Source: Candidatus Parcubacteria bacterium (GTDB lineage: Bacteria; Patescibacteriota; Patescibacteriia; PEXW01). Taken from it: a stretch of 64,000 bases of DNA. Numbering within the stretch: position 1 is the stretch's first letter; every line of letters begins with the position of its first letter. The stretch is taken from assembly GCA_003597955.1 (NCBI GenBank), contig QZJU01000021.1:44880-108879 (forward strand). Reading direction: 5' to 3'. Positions 18,955-28,620 of the stretch are shown piece after piece. The position numbers and the translations under genes were made by a program. The notes beneath the pieces are model-generated. The model did not search any database. It was not told the DNA's origin and worked only from the letters and a program-made list of their open reading frames with translations.

Positions 18955-21261
18955 ATGGCACAACGACTCAAGAAAAGCGAAAAAACCGGTACCCCGCAAA
19001 AATCAATCGAGCTCCCAAATGGCCGCAGTCGTTTAAATAAGACCGAAGGCCAAACGACAAAAAAATTAAAACCCGAAACCCGTCAAGGTGTTGTGATTAC
19101 GGTTTTAATCGCTCTGGCCTTTTTGAGCGTTTTAAGTTTATTCGGTTGGGCCGGTGGTTTTGGTCGCGGGTTGGATAAAGCTTTAGGCTGGCTTTTTGGC
19201 TGGGCGCGCTTCGTCTTCCCAGTAGTACTTTTGGTTTGGTCGAATTTTTTGTACAAACCTCAAAAATTTTCTTTGCGTAGCGCCAATTATTTTGGTTTGT
19301 TGATTGGCTGGCTCGGACTTTCCGGCCTACTAGAACTGTTTGTGCCTGTCAGCCTGATGACAGAAAAACTTGGCGACGGCACCGGGGGCGGAGTCTTTGG
19401 GTTAATTTCGGCCTGGCCATTAATGCGGGCCATGGGTTATGTGGCCAGCATTGTGGTTTTGTTGGCGATGTTCATAATTGGTTTGTTGATAATGTTTGAT
19501 ACTTCTTTAAACACCTTGGCAGATCAGGGCAATATCTTTAAGCGTTTGAAATTCCGGTGGTTGGCAATGACCGATAAACTTCGCGCGAACAAGCACATTG
19601 AGGAAATCGAACCGCCGCCGGCAGAGCCGGATTTAGAAGCGGAAGACGAACTGGAATTTGACACAAAAGAGTTGGCTGAAACCGAAATAGCCCAGTCCGA
19701 ACAGCAACGCCTGCCAAAAAAGCCAGAATATCTAAAGCCAAAAGTCCGTCGGAAGATCGCTTACTCATTAGACTTACTAGATTTCGCCACCAGCAAACCG
19801 ACCAGTGGTGATATTGCCGCCAACCAGGAACGAATCCAAAAAACTTTGGCGAACTTCGGTTTGGAGGTGGAAATGGGCGAAGTGAATGTCGGACCGACCG
19901 TCACGCAATTTACGCTTAAACCGGCGGATGGCGTGAAGCTTAATTCTATAACCGCTTTAAGTAATGATCTGGCATTAGCGTTGGCAGCCCACCCCATTCG
20001 GATTGAAGCCCCGATTCCAGGAAAGTCCTTGGTGGGGATTGAGGTGCCAAATCAAGCCGCGGCCCTAGTCAGACTGGTCGATATTTTAAAGTCCAAGAAT
20101 TTTGAAGAGCGAAAGTCGGTGCTGACCGTGGCGGTCGGGAAGAGCGTTACGGGAGAAGCCTGGGTCGCGGATGTGGATCGTATGCCGCATTTGCTGATCG
20201 CCGGCGCCACGGGTTCAGGCAAATCCGTCTGCATAAACGCGATTTTGCTTTCTTTGCTTTTTGAAAACGGTCCGGACGATCTGAAACTTATTCTCGTTGA
20301 CCCAAAGCGGGTCGAATTAACCATATATAACGGCATTCCACACTTACTTACGCCAGTTATTACCGAGGTTCCAAAAATCATCAATGCCTTGCGCTGGGTG
20401 GTAAATGAAATGGATCGACGTTTTCAGGTTTTGTCCCAGGCCGGCAAGCGGAACATTCAAGCCTACAACCAAAATAGCCCCGACCCCTTGCCGTTCCTAG
20501 TTGTGGTTATTGATGAATTGGCCGACCTGATGGCTGTGGCGGCTCGGGAAGTGGAGGCGGCGATAATTCGTTTGGCGCAGATGGCGCGAGCCGTCGGTAT
20601 TCATTTGATTGTCGCCACCCAAAGACCTTCCGTGGATGTCATCACTGGCCTAATTAAGGCCAACATTACCCATCGCATGGCTTTTACCGTCGCTTCAGCA
20701 ATTGATTCGCGAACCATTTTAGATTCGCCCGGCGCGGAAAAATTGTTGGGTCGTGGCGATATGCTTTACAGTTCGCCGGAACTCTCCAAACCCAAGCGCC
20801 TGCAGGGCTGTTTTGTTTCGGATAAAGAAATTGAAAAAGTTGTGACAATGCTTAAAGAGCAAGCCCAGCCGGAATATCTTGAGGAGATCGTGGAAAAGCC
20901 CCAAGGTTTGGTCGGTTTGAACAACGGTGTGATGGCCGGCGAATTTTTAGGCGACGAAAGTGATGATGAGCTTCTGGTTGAAGCAAAAAATGTAATTTTA
21001 CGGGCTCAAAAAGCTTCAGCCTCGCTTTTGCAAAGACGCTTACGAATCGGCTATGCGCGCGCCGCCCGTTTGCTGGATCTTTTGGAAGAACAGGGCGTGA
21101 TCGGCCCGGGTGAAGGTGCCAAACCCAGAGAAATATTAATAAGTTCCGATCCTGATGCTGACATTCCTGTGCCTGCTAAAGCCGATGGGCCTGAAGGCGG
21201 AGCCGATGCGGAAGCAGAGAATTTAGCAGAAGACACTTCGAAAATTCAAGAACGACTTTAA
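18955..21261 (+). CDS. ftsK: DNA translocase FtsK/SpoIIIE
   Basis: 4TM N-terminus, PHLLIAGATGSGKS, gamma domain SASLLQRRLRIGYARAARL. Confidence 0.96.
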   Translation: MAQRLKKSEKTGTPQKSIELPNGRSRLNKTEGQTTKKLKPETRQGVVITVLIALAFLSVLSLFGWAGGFGRGLDKALGWLFGWARFVFPVVLLVWSNFLYKPQKFSLRSANYFGLLIGWLGLSGLLELFVPVSLMTEKLGDGTGGGVFGLISAWPLMRAMGYVASIVVLLAMFIIGLLIMFDTSLNTLADQGNIFKRLKFRWLAMTDKLRANKHIEEIEPPPAEPDLEAEDELEFDTKELAETEIAQSEQQRLPKKPEYLKPKVRRKIAYSLDLLDFATSKPTSGDIAANQERIQKTLANFGLEVEMGEVNVGPTVTQFTLKPADGVKLNSITALSNDLALALAAHPIRIEAPIPGKSLVGIEVPNQAAALVRLVDILKSKNFEERKSVLTVAVGKSVTGEAWVADVDRMPHLLIAGATGSGKSVCINAILLSLLFENGPDDLKLILVDPKRVELTIYNGIPHLLTPVITEVPKIINALRWVVNEMDRRFQVLSQAGKRNIQAYNQNSPDPLPFLVVVIDELADLMAVAAREVEAAIIRLAQMARAVGIHLIVATQRPSVDVITGLIKANITHRMAFTVASAIDSRTILDSPGAEKLLGRGDMLYSSPELSKPKRLQGCFVSDKEIEKVVTMLKEQAQPEYLEEIVEKPQGLVGLNNGVMAGEFLGDESDDELLVEAKNVILRAQKASASLLQRRLRIGYARAARLLDLLEEQGVIGPGEGAKPREILISSDPDADIPVPAKADGPEGGADAEAENLAEDTSKIQERL

Positions 21262-21266
21262 TTAAA

Positions 21267-21962
21267 ATGCTAACCCCAGGTTTTGAGAAAGAACTAAGCG
21301 GAAGTTTCGCCAGGAGAACGTTGCCTCAAAATACTCTTGGCGAAGCTCTAAGAATCGTTAGGGAAGAGGCGGGTTTGAGTTTGGCTGAACTAGCCATTAG
21401 ATCGAAGGTTCAGGAAAAATATATCGCCGCCATTGAGGCCGGCCGTTATGACCAAACTCCCGGTTCGGTTTATGTAAAAGGTTTTTTAAAGGAAATCGCC
21501 AAGGTTTTGGAACTTTCACCCAATTCGGTAATCGCCCGTTTTGAAACCGAACCCTATGTTGTGCCCGCCCGCCAACCCAAACCCCTGGACCAGCCAAAAT
21601 TTTTCTTCGGCCATTACACCTGGCGCCTGTTGGTTTTTTTGGGCTTCCTGCTCATATTTCTTATTTACTTCGGCATACAAATCCAAAAAATCATTTTGCC
21701 TCCGGAACTTAGCGTTAGCTACCCAGCCACAGATATAATCATGAATTCACCGCAGATCACTTTGACCGGCAAGACCGAACCCGAAGTTTTAGTGGAGATT
21801 AATGATCAGGCGGTCACCGTCGACGCTGTCGGGAATTTCCAAGAAACCATTGATTTGCAGCCAGGGGTAAACACCCTGGTCATTAGTGCCAAGAAGAAAC
21901 GCAGCCGTTCAACCGTCATTACTCGTCGAGTTTTGGTAGAATTGAACGAAGTGCTAAAATAG
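21267..21962 (+). CDS. RodZ-like protein (XRE HTH, TM, Ig-like C-terminus)
   Basis: LGEALR..R..GLSL, YVKGFL, a single TM and a beta-rich tail. Located between ftsK and recA. Confidence 0.8.
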   Translation: MLTPGFEKELSGSFARRTLPQNTLGEALRIVREEAGLSLAELAIRSKVQEKYIAAIEAGRYDQTPGSVYVKGFLKEIAKVLELSPNSVIARFETEPYVVPARQPKPLDQPKFFFGHYTWRLLVFLGFLLIFLIYFGIQIQKIILPPELSVSYPATDIIMNSPQITLTGKTEPEVLVEINDQAVTVDAVGNFQETIDLQPGVNTLVISAKKKRSRSTVITRRVLVELNEVLK

Positions 21963-22052
21963 AATGACCCGGGAAAATCCTTTGAAATCCTTGAGGTTTT
22001 TAAAAGGCGAAAATCCAGGCAAGACAAGAGGCTAAGCTAACTAATTTTTTAT

Positions 22053-23102
22053 ATGCCCAAGCAAAAAAATCCTGAACCCAAAGTGCAGTTTAAATCTGAA
22101 GACGCCAAGCACAAAGCCGCCTTGCAGGCGATAGCCAATATCCAAGACCGTTTTGGCGAAGGCGCGATCATGACCTTAAATAAGCAGACGGTGCAAAAAG
22201 TTGAAGCCGTGCCCACGGGTTGCCTGTCTTTAGATTTGGCCTTAGGCGTGGGTGGCGTGCCGCGCGGCCGGGTCGTGGAGATATTCGGGCCCGAAGCCGG
22301 AGGTAAAACCACCCTGGCTTTGCATGTCGTCGCCCAGATCCAAAAGTCAGGTGGGATCGCCGCGTTCGTCGATGCCGAACACGCTTTAGATCCAGACTAC
22401 GCTCGGAAAATCGGCGTGAATGTCGACGAGCTTTTAATTTCCCAGCCGGATAACGGCGAACAAGCCTTGGAAATCGTGGAAACCCTGGTGCGGTCAAACG
22501 GCGTGGACATCATCGTGGTTGACTCGGTGGCGGCCTTAACGCCCAGGGCGGAAATTGAAGGCGAGATGGGAGATTCGCACATGGGTTTGCAAGCCCGTTT
22601 GATGAGCCAGGCTCTGCGGAAACTAACCGCCATCGTTTCCAAGACCAAAACCGTGGTGATTTTTATAAATCAGACGCGGATGAAAATTGGCATTATGTTC
22701 GGCAATCCTGAAACCACCACTGGCGGTATGGCATTGAAATTTTACGCTTCGGTGCGGATTGACATTCGACGACTGGCCCAGCTGAAAAGCGGCGAAGCCA
22801 TTGTTGGCAATCGAGTCAAGGCTAAAGTGGTCAAAAATAAAGTCGCCCCGCCATTCCGTTCGGCGGAATTCGATATTATGTATGGCGAAGGTATTTCCGC
22901 CACAGCCGACTTGATCGATCTGGGTTTGGCCAATGGGGTTTTGGAAAAAACCGGCAATACGATAAGTTTTGGCGAAATTAAATTGGGCGTGGGCCGCGAA
23001 CAGGCCAAAGCCTATTTAAAATCGAATCCTAAAACCGCCAAGGAACTGCGGGATAGCATTATTAAGGCGGTGAAGGAGAAGGAGGCAGAAGAAAAGAAAT
23101 AG
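22053..23102 (+). CDS. recA: Recombinase A
   Basis: [28 protein letters not shown]. Confidence 0.99.
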   Translation: MPKQKNPEPKVQFKSEDAKHKAALQAIANIQDRFGEGAIMTLNKQTVQKVEAVPTGCLSLDLALGVGGVPRGRVVEIFGPEAGGKTTLALHVVAQIQKSGGIAAFVDAEHALDPDYARKIGVNVDELLISQPDNGEQALEIVETLVRSNGVDIIVVDSVAALTPRAEIEGEMGDSHMGLQARLMSQALRKLTAIVSKTKTVVIFINQTRMKIGIMFGNPETTTGGMALKFYASVRIDIRRLAQLKSGEAIVGNRVKAKVVKNKVAPPFRSAEFDIMYGEGISATADLIDLGLANGVLEKTGNTISFGEIKLGVGREQAKAYLKSNPKTAKELRDSIIKAVKEKEAEEKK

Positions 23103-23132
23103 AATGACGAACCGAAAACAAGATACAAAGAA

Positions 23133-23165
23133 CCAGAGAGCCCTGTCGATGCGGGGCTCTCTTGG
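23133..23165 (+). terminator. Hairpin after recA
   Basis: AGAGAGCCC / GGGCTCTCT. Confidence 0.55.
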
Positions 23166-23241
23166 TGTTGACCGCCTCGGTTAGTCGGATAGGTTCAGTG
23201 AGTCGGTGCGCACTTTAAACCCCAGATATTCCGCTTTAATT

Positions 23242-23288
23242 AAAAAAACCCGCTCAACTCGATTCGTAATTTTTTGAGAGGAGCGGGT
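23242..23288 (-). terminator. Terminator of the radical SAM gene
   Basis: ACCCGCTC / GAGCGGGT followed by a T-run on the minus strand. Confidence 0.6.
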
Positions 23289-23294
23289 GCGTAG

Positions 23295-24425
23295 TCAAGG
23301 GTTAGCCATCTTTCCTACCATTCGCGTAACATATTCATGGAATGGCTGGAAGAGTGTGTGGGTCCGGGCCGAACCGCAATCTTGGAGGCCGTTTGGGTAT
23401 ATATCTTTCGTGGCCATGTAGTCGGCGAGCTTCTTATCCAAAGTCCCGTCGCTCACCAGCCCGCGCCGGATTTCCCATAATTTTGCGACGATCGCCGGCA
23501 ATCCCTCCTTTCGAACATTGCCGATTATTGGAAGCTTTTCGGGGAAGCTCTCGCCATCCGGTTCGGTAAAGTCGCAACTTCCGCCATATGCGGTAACCCA
23601 CACATCCCCGCTGTGGCCGATGTGCAGACCGCACACCCCGACACAGTAAGGAGCGGGCTGGGCATGCCAGTAGTTGATTCCCGTTTGTTGTGAGCACCAC
23701 TCAATGAAGTCAATGATCTTTTGAGAATCTTTGATTCTGAATCGGTCCCACATGTCACTGACTGCTCGGCCACCTTTTTCCAGGCGGGCCGCACAGAAGA
23801 AGAGGCCGTTTCTCCAGGAGAATTGCGCCACTTCTTTGACCACCTCAATGTCGGCAGTGTTCAGGGACGTCAGGGTGCACACAAGTCCTAAACGAGTATA
23901 TAACTTTTCGTTTTTTCTGAACGGTTTGTTATAGCCAACATTAAGGAGATTTCTGATTCCGCCGTACACCGCTTCTGCCCCCCGGCCGCCGAGCATCTTA
24001 TTGAAAATATCAGGACGCAAGCTATCGCAATGAACTCCCAGACAAACGCCTATGGAGTACAGTTCACTAGCGATGTCAGGGGTGATGTCCGCGGCGGTCG
24101 TATAGATGAATGTCTCCATTCCCAATTTCGACGCTTCACGAATCATCGGAAGCGTCGTGGAATCAATGAACGGTTCGCCTTCGTGGCAAATCTGAAGAGT
24201 TTTTGCGCCCATGTCCGCGGCTTGCCGGAGAATTTCCAGCTTCTCGTCCAACGTCAAAGTTGCCGGGTCAACGAATTTTTCCACTGACACTGATCCGTAA
24301 ATGCAATGCGGACAGCGGAACATGCACGCAGGCGCGCACGCGATCGAGATTGAAGGCAACAGAGAATCCGTAGCTTTCAAAAATTCGTTTACGCCGCGGT
24401 CATATAACCATACGAATTCTCGCAT
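23295..24425 (-). CDS. Radical SAM protein with Cys-containing C-terminus (SPASM/twitch-like)
   Basis: CMFRCPHC (CxxxCxxC), EGEP, and C-terminal YCVGVC..SCD..IGNV..DC. Confidence 0.88.
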   Translation of the reverse strand: MREFVWLYDRGVNEFLKATDSLLPSISIACAPACMFRCPHCIYGSVSVEKFVDPATLTLDEKLEILRQAADMGAKTLQICHEGEPFIDSTTLPMIREASKLGMETFIYTTAADITPDIASELYSIGVCLGVHCDSLRPDIFNKMLGGRGAEAVYGGIRNLLNVGYNKPFRKNEKLYTRLGLVCTLTSLNTADIEVVKEVAQFSWRNGLFFCAARLEKGGRAVSDMWDRFRIKDSQKIIDFIEWCSQQTGINYWHAQPAPYCVGVCGLHIGHSGDVWVTAYGGSCDFTEPDGESFPEKLPIIGNVRKEGLPAIVAKLWEIRRGLVSDGTLDKKLADYMATKDIYPNGLQDCGSARTHTLFQPFHEYVTRMVGKMANP

Positions 24426-24476
24426 GACTTTCTCCTTCTTTTTAAAGTACTTTTATTTTCAGAATTCAGTAGTTCG

Positions 24477-24505
24477 ATGGTAATGCGCTGTATATACTTT
24501 GTCAA
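24477..24505 (-). promoter_or_regulatory. Sigma70-type promoter of the radical SAM gene
   Basis: TTGACA-17-TACCAT on the minus strand. Confidence 0.6.
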
Positions 24506-24755
24506 GGGAGCAGCTCGCTCACAGTTTTCTCAATCAAAACGCCATAAGTCATTGCGGAAAGGTATGTGAATAATAGATGGTGTTTGTCAGATCCAGTGCC
24601 ATGTCTGCCTCAGCGAGATTCGAGCGGTCAGGTTGGCACTCGGCACATACCTCGCGCAGGGTTGACAATATTTTTTATTCGAGTTAGGGTTAGTTATTCC
24701 CAATAACGGGAATGTTCACTACGGTCGGCAGACCTAAAATGCGAAGGAGGATTGC

Positions 24756-25271
24756 GTGAGTAATCTAGAGAACGCTCTTAACAGATTGCAGAGAGTTGGT
24801 GACCAGTATTCTGGGACCAACCAAAAGCTCATTCAGGCGGTGATGGAAGTGGCCCAAGCAATTTTAACGGCACTACCCCCAATTCCTACCGGGTATAACG
24901 GCATGGAATTACCGCGAGGATACAGTCTGGTCAGGCTGGATCCCAATATCGGCAATGGCTTGGGAAAAGGCTTGGGATGTCAGGTGAAGCGGTCTAGGTT
25001 CGTCATGTACGCGGTTGATGCAGAATGGCAAAAAGCCGTTGAGCTAAGATGGAGCAGGCTTGAGGACATCTGCGCTCCTAAGGAAGTAATAAATACCGAA
25101 AAGAGCCGCTTCTTGCCAAACCTGGATCTTAAGCTTGCGCGTAAGTTCGCGGACGATGTTGCGGCTGGCCTGGTTGATGAAATCCACAGTTGCCTGGATA
25201 AGCACAATCGGAAAAACGAAGCCCAAATCCAATTGCTCGAGAAAGCCAAAGAGAATATCAGCAGAAAATAG
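24756..25271 (+). CDS. Hypothetical protein
   Basis: GTG start with AAGGAGG SD, TTGACA at 24662 and its own terminator. Confidence 0.75.
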   Translation: MSNLENALNRLQRVGDQYSGTNQKLIQAVMEVAQAILTALPPIPTGYNGMELPRGYSLVRLDPNIGNGLGKGLGCQVKRSRFVMYAVDAEWQKAVELRWSRLEDICAPKEVINTEKSRFLPNLDLKLARKFADDVAAGLVDEIHSCLDKHNRKNEAQIQLLEKAKENISRK

Positions 25272-25281
25272 CACCTCACCC

Positions 25282-25312
25282 GCCGCACACCGTCCAAGTG
25301 TGCGGCATTTTT
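25282..25312 (+). terminator. Intrinsic terminator
   Basis: GCCGCACAC / GTGTGCGGC plus T-run. Confidence 0.7.
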
Positions 25313-25874
25313 AATTGGCCGCTCGCGTGCTGTACTCGCCGGTTTCGGTGTTAATGATGATTTTTTCCCCCGGCTTAATAAACAGCGGCACCTTTAATTC
25401 CAAGCCGTTTTCGAGTTTGGCAACTTTGGAGGCATTGGTGGCAGTATCGCCCTTCACCGCTTCAGGCGCTTCCACGACCTTGTATTCGATTTTTTTTGGC
25501 AATTGTATGGAAACCGGCCGGTTCTCAAAATTCAGCACATCAACTTCCAGCCCCTCTTTTAAATACCTGACCTGGTCGCCAAGCTGTTCAGCCAAAAGAA
25601 AGAATTGGTCGTATGAAGTTTGGTCCATGAAATAGTGTTCGTTGCCCTGAGCGTACAAATAGCTGGCGCGGTTGCGGGCCAGATCCGCTTCGGGAATTTT
25701 GTCGCCGGGTTTGAAAGTTAATTCCAAAATCCGGCCGGAAATCAGATTGCGCAGCTTGGTGCGCATAACTGGTTTGCGCATGGCCGTGCGCATGAAATCC
25801 GACCACACGACAATGTAGGGCTCATTTTCGTGAGTGATGGCCACGCCAATTCGAAGGTCATTCATAGTCAGCAT
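25311..25874 (-). CDS. efp: Elongation factor P
   Basis: RTKLRNL, KGDTA, VPLFI..GEKI.INTETGEY. Confidence 0.97.
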   Translation of the reverse strand: MLTMNDLRIGVAITHENEPYIVVWSDFMRTAMRKPVMRTKLRNLISGRILELTFKPGDKIPEADLARNRASYLYAQGNEHYFMDQTSYDQFFLLAEQLGDQVRYLKEGLEVDVLNFENRPVSIQLPKKIEYKVVEAPEAVKGDTATNASKVAKLENGLELKVPLFIKPGEKIIINTETGEYSTRAAN

Positions 25875-26068
25875 ACGAAATACGAATTAGGATACGAATA
25901 TACGAATTACGAATAATGTACGCCACCGCCCCGCGGCCGCGGGGCGGGGTCCCGCCTTCTTACAAAAGTATATTAAAGTGGCGGGAAATATACGAAATAC
26001 GAATTGGGTTGCTGCGAGGGAATGTCAAAAATAGTATTCCTACATTCGGACCGATTCGTAATTTCGTA
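25874..26068. repeat. TACGAAW heptamer arrays (direct and inverted) around GC-rich palindromes
   Basis: 5 copies at 25874-25914, 2 at 25991-26004, and 2 inverted at 26054-26068. Perfect 22-bp palindrome CCGCCCCGCGGCCGCGGGGCGG at 25926-25947. Confidence 0.85.
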
Positions 26069-26071
26069 GTC

Positions 26072-26314
26072 TTATTTAGGCGTGTAAGGCTCGAGCGCCA
26101 TGAAACGCGCCCGCTTAACGGCCTCTGCCGTCAGGCGTTGATGCCGCATGCACAAACCCGTCCGCCGGCGAGGCAGGATTTTGAAATAGGAAGAAATGTA
26201 TTTTTGGTACACGCGCGTGTCTTTGTAATCCAAAGCCTTGACGCCCAGAACGCAAAAATTGCAGTGCGTGGGCGGAGCTTGGATTTGAGTCTTTTGCTTG
26301 TTTTTATTCAGCAT
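26072..26314 (-). CDS. rpsR: 30S ribosomal protein S18
   Basis: CNFC..LDYKD..KILPRRRTGLC..HQR..AVKRARFMAL.PY. Confidence 0.96.
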   Translation of the reverse strand: MLNKNKQKTQIQAPPTHCNFCVLGVKALDYKDTRVYQKYISSYFKILPRRRTGLCMRHQRLTAEAVKRARFMALEPYTPK

Positions 26315-26331
26315 AAGCTAGCGGATGTTTT

Positions 26332-26757
26332 TTAAAAAGGAATATCCTCGACATTAATTTCGGGTTCTGCGGCGGCCGGCGCTTCTTGCGGCGCGGGCGC
26401 CTCTTCGCTGACTTTGTCAGCCGCGGGCTTTCGGTCCAACATAATGATGTTTTCCGCCACGATTTCGGTTCGATATTTTTTTTGGCCCGAGGGGTCATCC
26501 CAAGAACGGGTCTGCAGCCGGCCTTCCACAAAGATTTTTGCGCCCTTCTTTACATACTGGCTGACAATTTCTGCCAGTTTTCGCCAGGCCACGACGCTGT
26601 GAAATTCAACTTGTTCTTTTTTAGCGCCGCTGGGATCGGTCCAGGCACGATTGGTCGCCACGCTAAAGAGGGCCACGGTTTGGCCGCCGCTTGTGGTTCG
26701 GGAATCCGGATCGCGGGTCACATTGCCAATTATCATTGCTTTATTTAAGTTCATCAT
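26332..26757 (-). CDS. ssb: Single-stranded DNA-binding protein
   Basis: NKAMIIGN, EGRLQTRSW, C-terminal DIPF. Confidence 0.98.
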   Translation of the reverse strand: MMNLNKAMIIGNVTRDPDSRTTSGGQTVALFSVATNRAWTDPSGAKKEQVEFHSVVAWRKLAEIVSQYVKKGAKIFVEGRLQTRSWDDPSGQKKYRTEIVAENIIMLDRKPAADKVSEEAPAPQEAPAAAEPEINVEDIPF

Positions 26758-26789
26758 AAAAATTTACGTTTAAGAAATATTAAAAATTT

Positions 26790-27269
26790 TTATTTGGCGA
26801 TGTCTTCTTCCAAAATTTCCTCGATTTTCTTATCAATATCTTCCAACGACAACGGCTTTTCCGGCTTGGGGGCAACCGCGGAAGTTTTTTCAAATTTTTC
26901 TTGGGCTTCGGTGCGGGCTTGGCGGGCCTGAATTTTCTCTTGAATCCGCGCTTCCTCTTCCAATTCCTTGGCGGATTTAGCCCGGATTTTAACGCTTAAA
27001 AATCTGACGATCTCGTCTTTTAGGCGCCAATCTCGCTCCAATTTAAGCAGGGCCGCCGGCGGCAAATTGAAATTTAGATTTACATAAATTCCAAATTTCT
27101 GTTTTTTGACCGGATAGGCCAATTTGCGCTTACCCAAAACTTCCGTCTTCACAATTTCTCCGCCCGATGCGGTTATTGAGTTTTTTATTGATTCCAGAAT
27201 TTTTTCGGTTCCGGCGCCTTCGGTTTGGCTGTTTAGAATCGCTAAAAAGTCGTAAAGTTGGACTGACAT
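26790..27269 (-). CDS. rpsF: 30S ribosomal protein S6
   Basis: GKRKLAYPVKK; rpsF-ssb-rpsR order. Confidence 0.95.
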   Translation of the reverse strand: MSVQLYDFLAILNSQTEGAGTEKILESIKNSITASGGEIVKTEVLGKRKLAYPVKKQKFGIYVNLNFNLPPAALLKLERDWRLKDEIVRFLSVKIRAKSAKELEEEARIQEKIQARQARTEAQEKFEKTSAVAPKPEKPLSLEDIDKKIEEILEEDIAK

Positions 27270-27378
27270 TAGTGAAATTTTAACAAAAAATGTAGATGGA
27301 GCGTATCATGTCCTAATGCTAGCGTCAAGCCTAATTTAGGGGCCAGATGAGCCTTTTTAATCGTGGTAAACTTAAAAC

Positions 27379-28620
27379 ATGGAAGTTGGTCAGCTTATCG
27401 CGATTTTTGGCCGGGAGCCTAGCCTCTCATTGTGGGAATTAAGTCGCAATTTGGGATGTGCCGATTTTGAAGTCGCTACCCGGGATTTGGCAGTTTTTGA
27501 CTCGCCACAAAATTTAGAAGTTGCTGAATTGCAAAGTCGAAGTGGGGGTTTGGTGAAAGTCGGTCGAATCATGGGTGTGGTTGATGCTTTGTCCGGTTTG
27601 GCGGCGATTTTGGAGAAAAATTGGCCGGATTTAATTCCGGCCGGGAGCACGGCGCGGGTTAATTTTGGCGTTAGCGCTTATGATGCGGGTCAAACTCCAG
27701 ATCGTCATTTTCGAACGGCGCTTAAACGGCAGGCTCAGAGATTCAAAAAGTATTTGACCGCCAATCACCGATCAGCACGACTGGTTGAATCCAAAGAGTC
27801 GACTTTGCCGGCCAGCGCCTTGGTTCAAGGCAAAATTTTGCAACAGGGCTTTGAGATCCTGGTTTTAGTCAGTCCCCAAAAGCTTTATTGGGGCGTCACT
27901 TTGACTGTTCAGGACATCTCTAGGTACGGCCGACGGGATTTTGGTCGGCCAGCCCGAGATTCGCATTCAGGCATGCTGCCGCCTAAAGTGGCGCAGATCC
28001 TAATTAACCTAACTCAACCAAAATCGGAGGAAGTTTTTCTGGATCCTTTTTGCGGGTCAGGCACGATTTTACAAGAAGCGGCGTTGATGGGCTTGAAGAA
28101 AATTTTGGGTTCGGACCTTAGCCAAAAAGCCGTAAGTGATTCGCTTAGGAATCTGGATTGGCTAAAACAGAAATACGAACCCGTGGACTTGGCGGATTTA
28201 CAGATTTTTGAAAGTGACATTAAGGAGCTGCCGGCCAAATTAAAATCCGAAAGCATTGATCTAATAGCCACTGAACCGTATTTGGGACCGCCGCAAAAAG
28301 GCCGGGCGATTGTTGGCAACATCTTGCCGTTAGTTTCAGCCTTAAGCCGGCAGTACATTCCTTGGCTGGAAATTTTAGGCAAACTCTTAAAACCCGCCGG
28401 CCGGATGGCTATGGTTTGGCCGTTTTTTAAGGTTGAAAACCACGGCTATTTTTTGCAGCTGCAGCAAGCTCTGCCACAGACCAAATTAAAGATTATCCCG
28501 CCCTCAAAGCATTTCCTGACTTTGCCGTGGTTTCGCTCAACGCCACGCGGCACGGTTCTTTACAGCCGGCCCGATCAAGTAGTGGGCCGGGAAATCGTTT
28601 TACTTGGAAAAAATGTTTAA
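27379..28620 (+). CDS. Trm11/UPF0020-like SAM-dependent RNA methyltransferase
   Basis: GMLPPKVA, LDPFCGSGT, GSD, TEPYLG. Confidence 0.82.
   Translation: MEVGQLIAIFGREPSLSLWELSRNLGCADFEVATRDLAVFDSPQNLEVAELQSRSGGLVKVGRIMGVVDALSGLAAILEKNWPDLIPAGSTARVNFGVSAYDAGQTPDRHFRTALKRQAQRFKKYLTANHRSARLVESKESTLPASALVQGKILQQGFEILVLVSPQKLYWGVTLTVQDISRYGRRDFGRPARDSHSGMLPPKVAQILINLTQPKSEEVFLDPFCGSGTILQEAALMGLKKILGSDLSQKAVSDSLRNLDWLKQKYEPVDLADLQIFESDIKELPAKLKSESIDLIATEPYLGPPQKGRAIVGNILPLVSALSRQYIPWLEILGKLLKPAGRMAMVWPFFKVENHGYFLQLQQALPQTKLKIIPPSKHFLTLPWFRSTPRGTVLYSRPDQVVGREIVLLGKNV

Noticed and set aside
11481-23102. Inteins or introns in rpoB, rpoC or recA
   Set aside because: Lengths are normal, with no intein splice or LAGLIDADG motifs seen.
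24577-24687. 36-aa ORF as a RiPP precursor for the radical SAM enzyme
   Set aside because: No SD, opposite strand to the enzyme, overlaps a promoter, and no leader/core pattern.
25874-26068. Heptamer arrays as a CRISPR array
   Set aside because: Units are 7 bp with no 25-40 bp repeat/spacer periodicity, and no cas genes are present.
25916-26335. 139-aa plus-strand ORF
   Set aside because: Runs through repeat DNA and antisense to rpsR.
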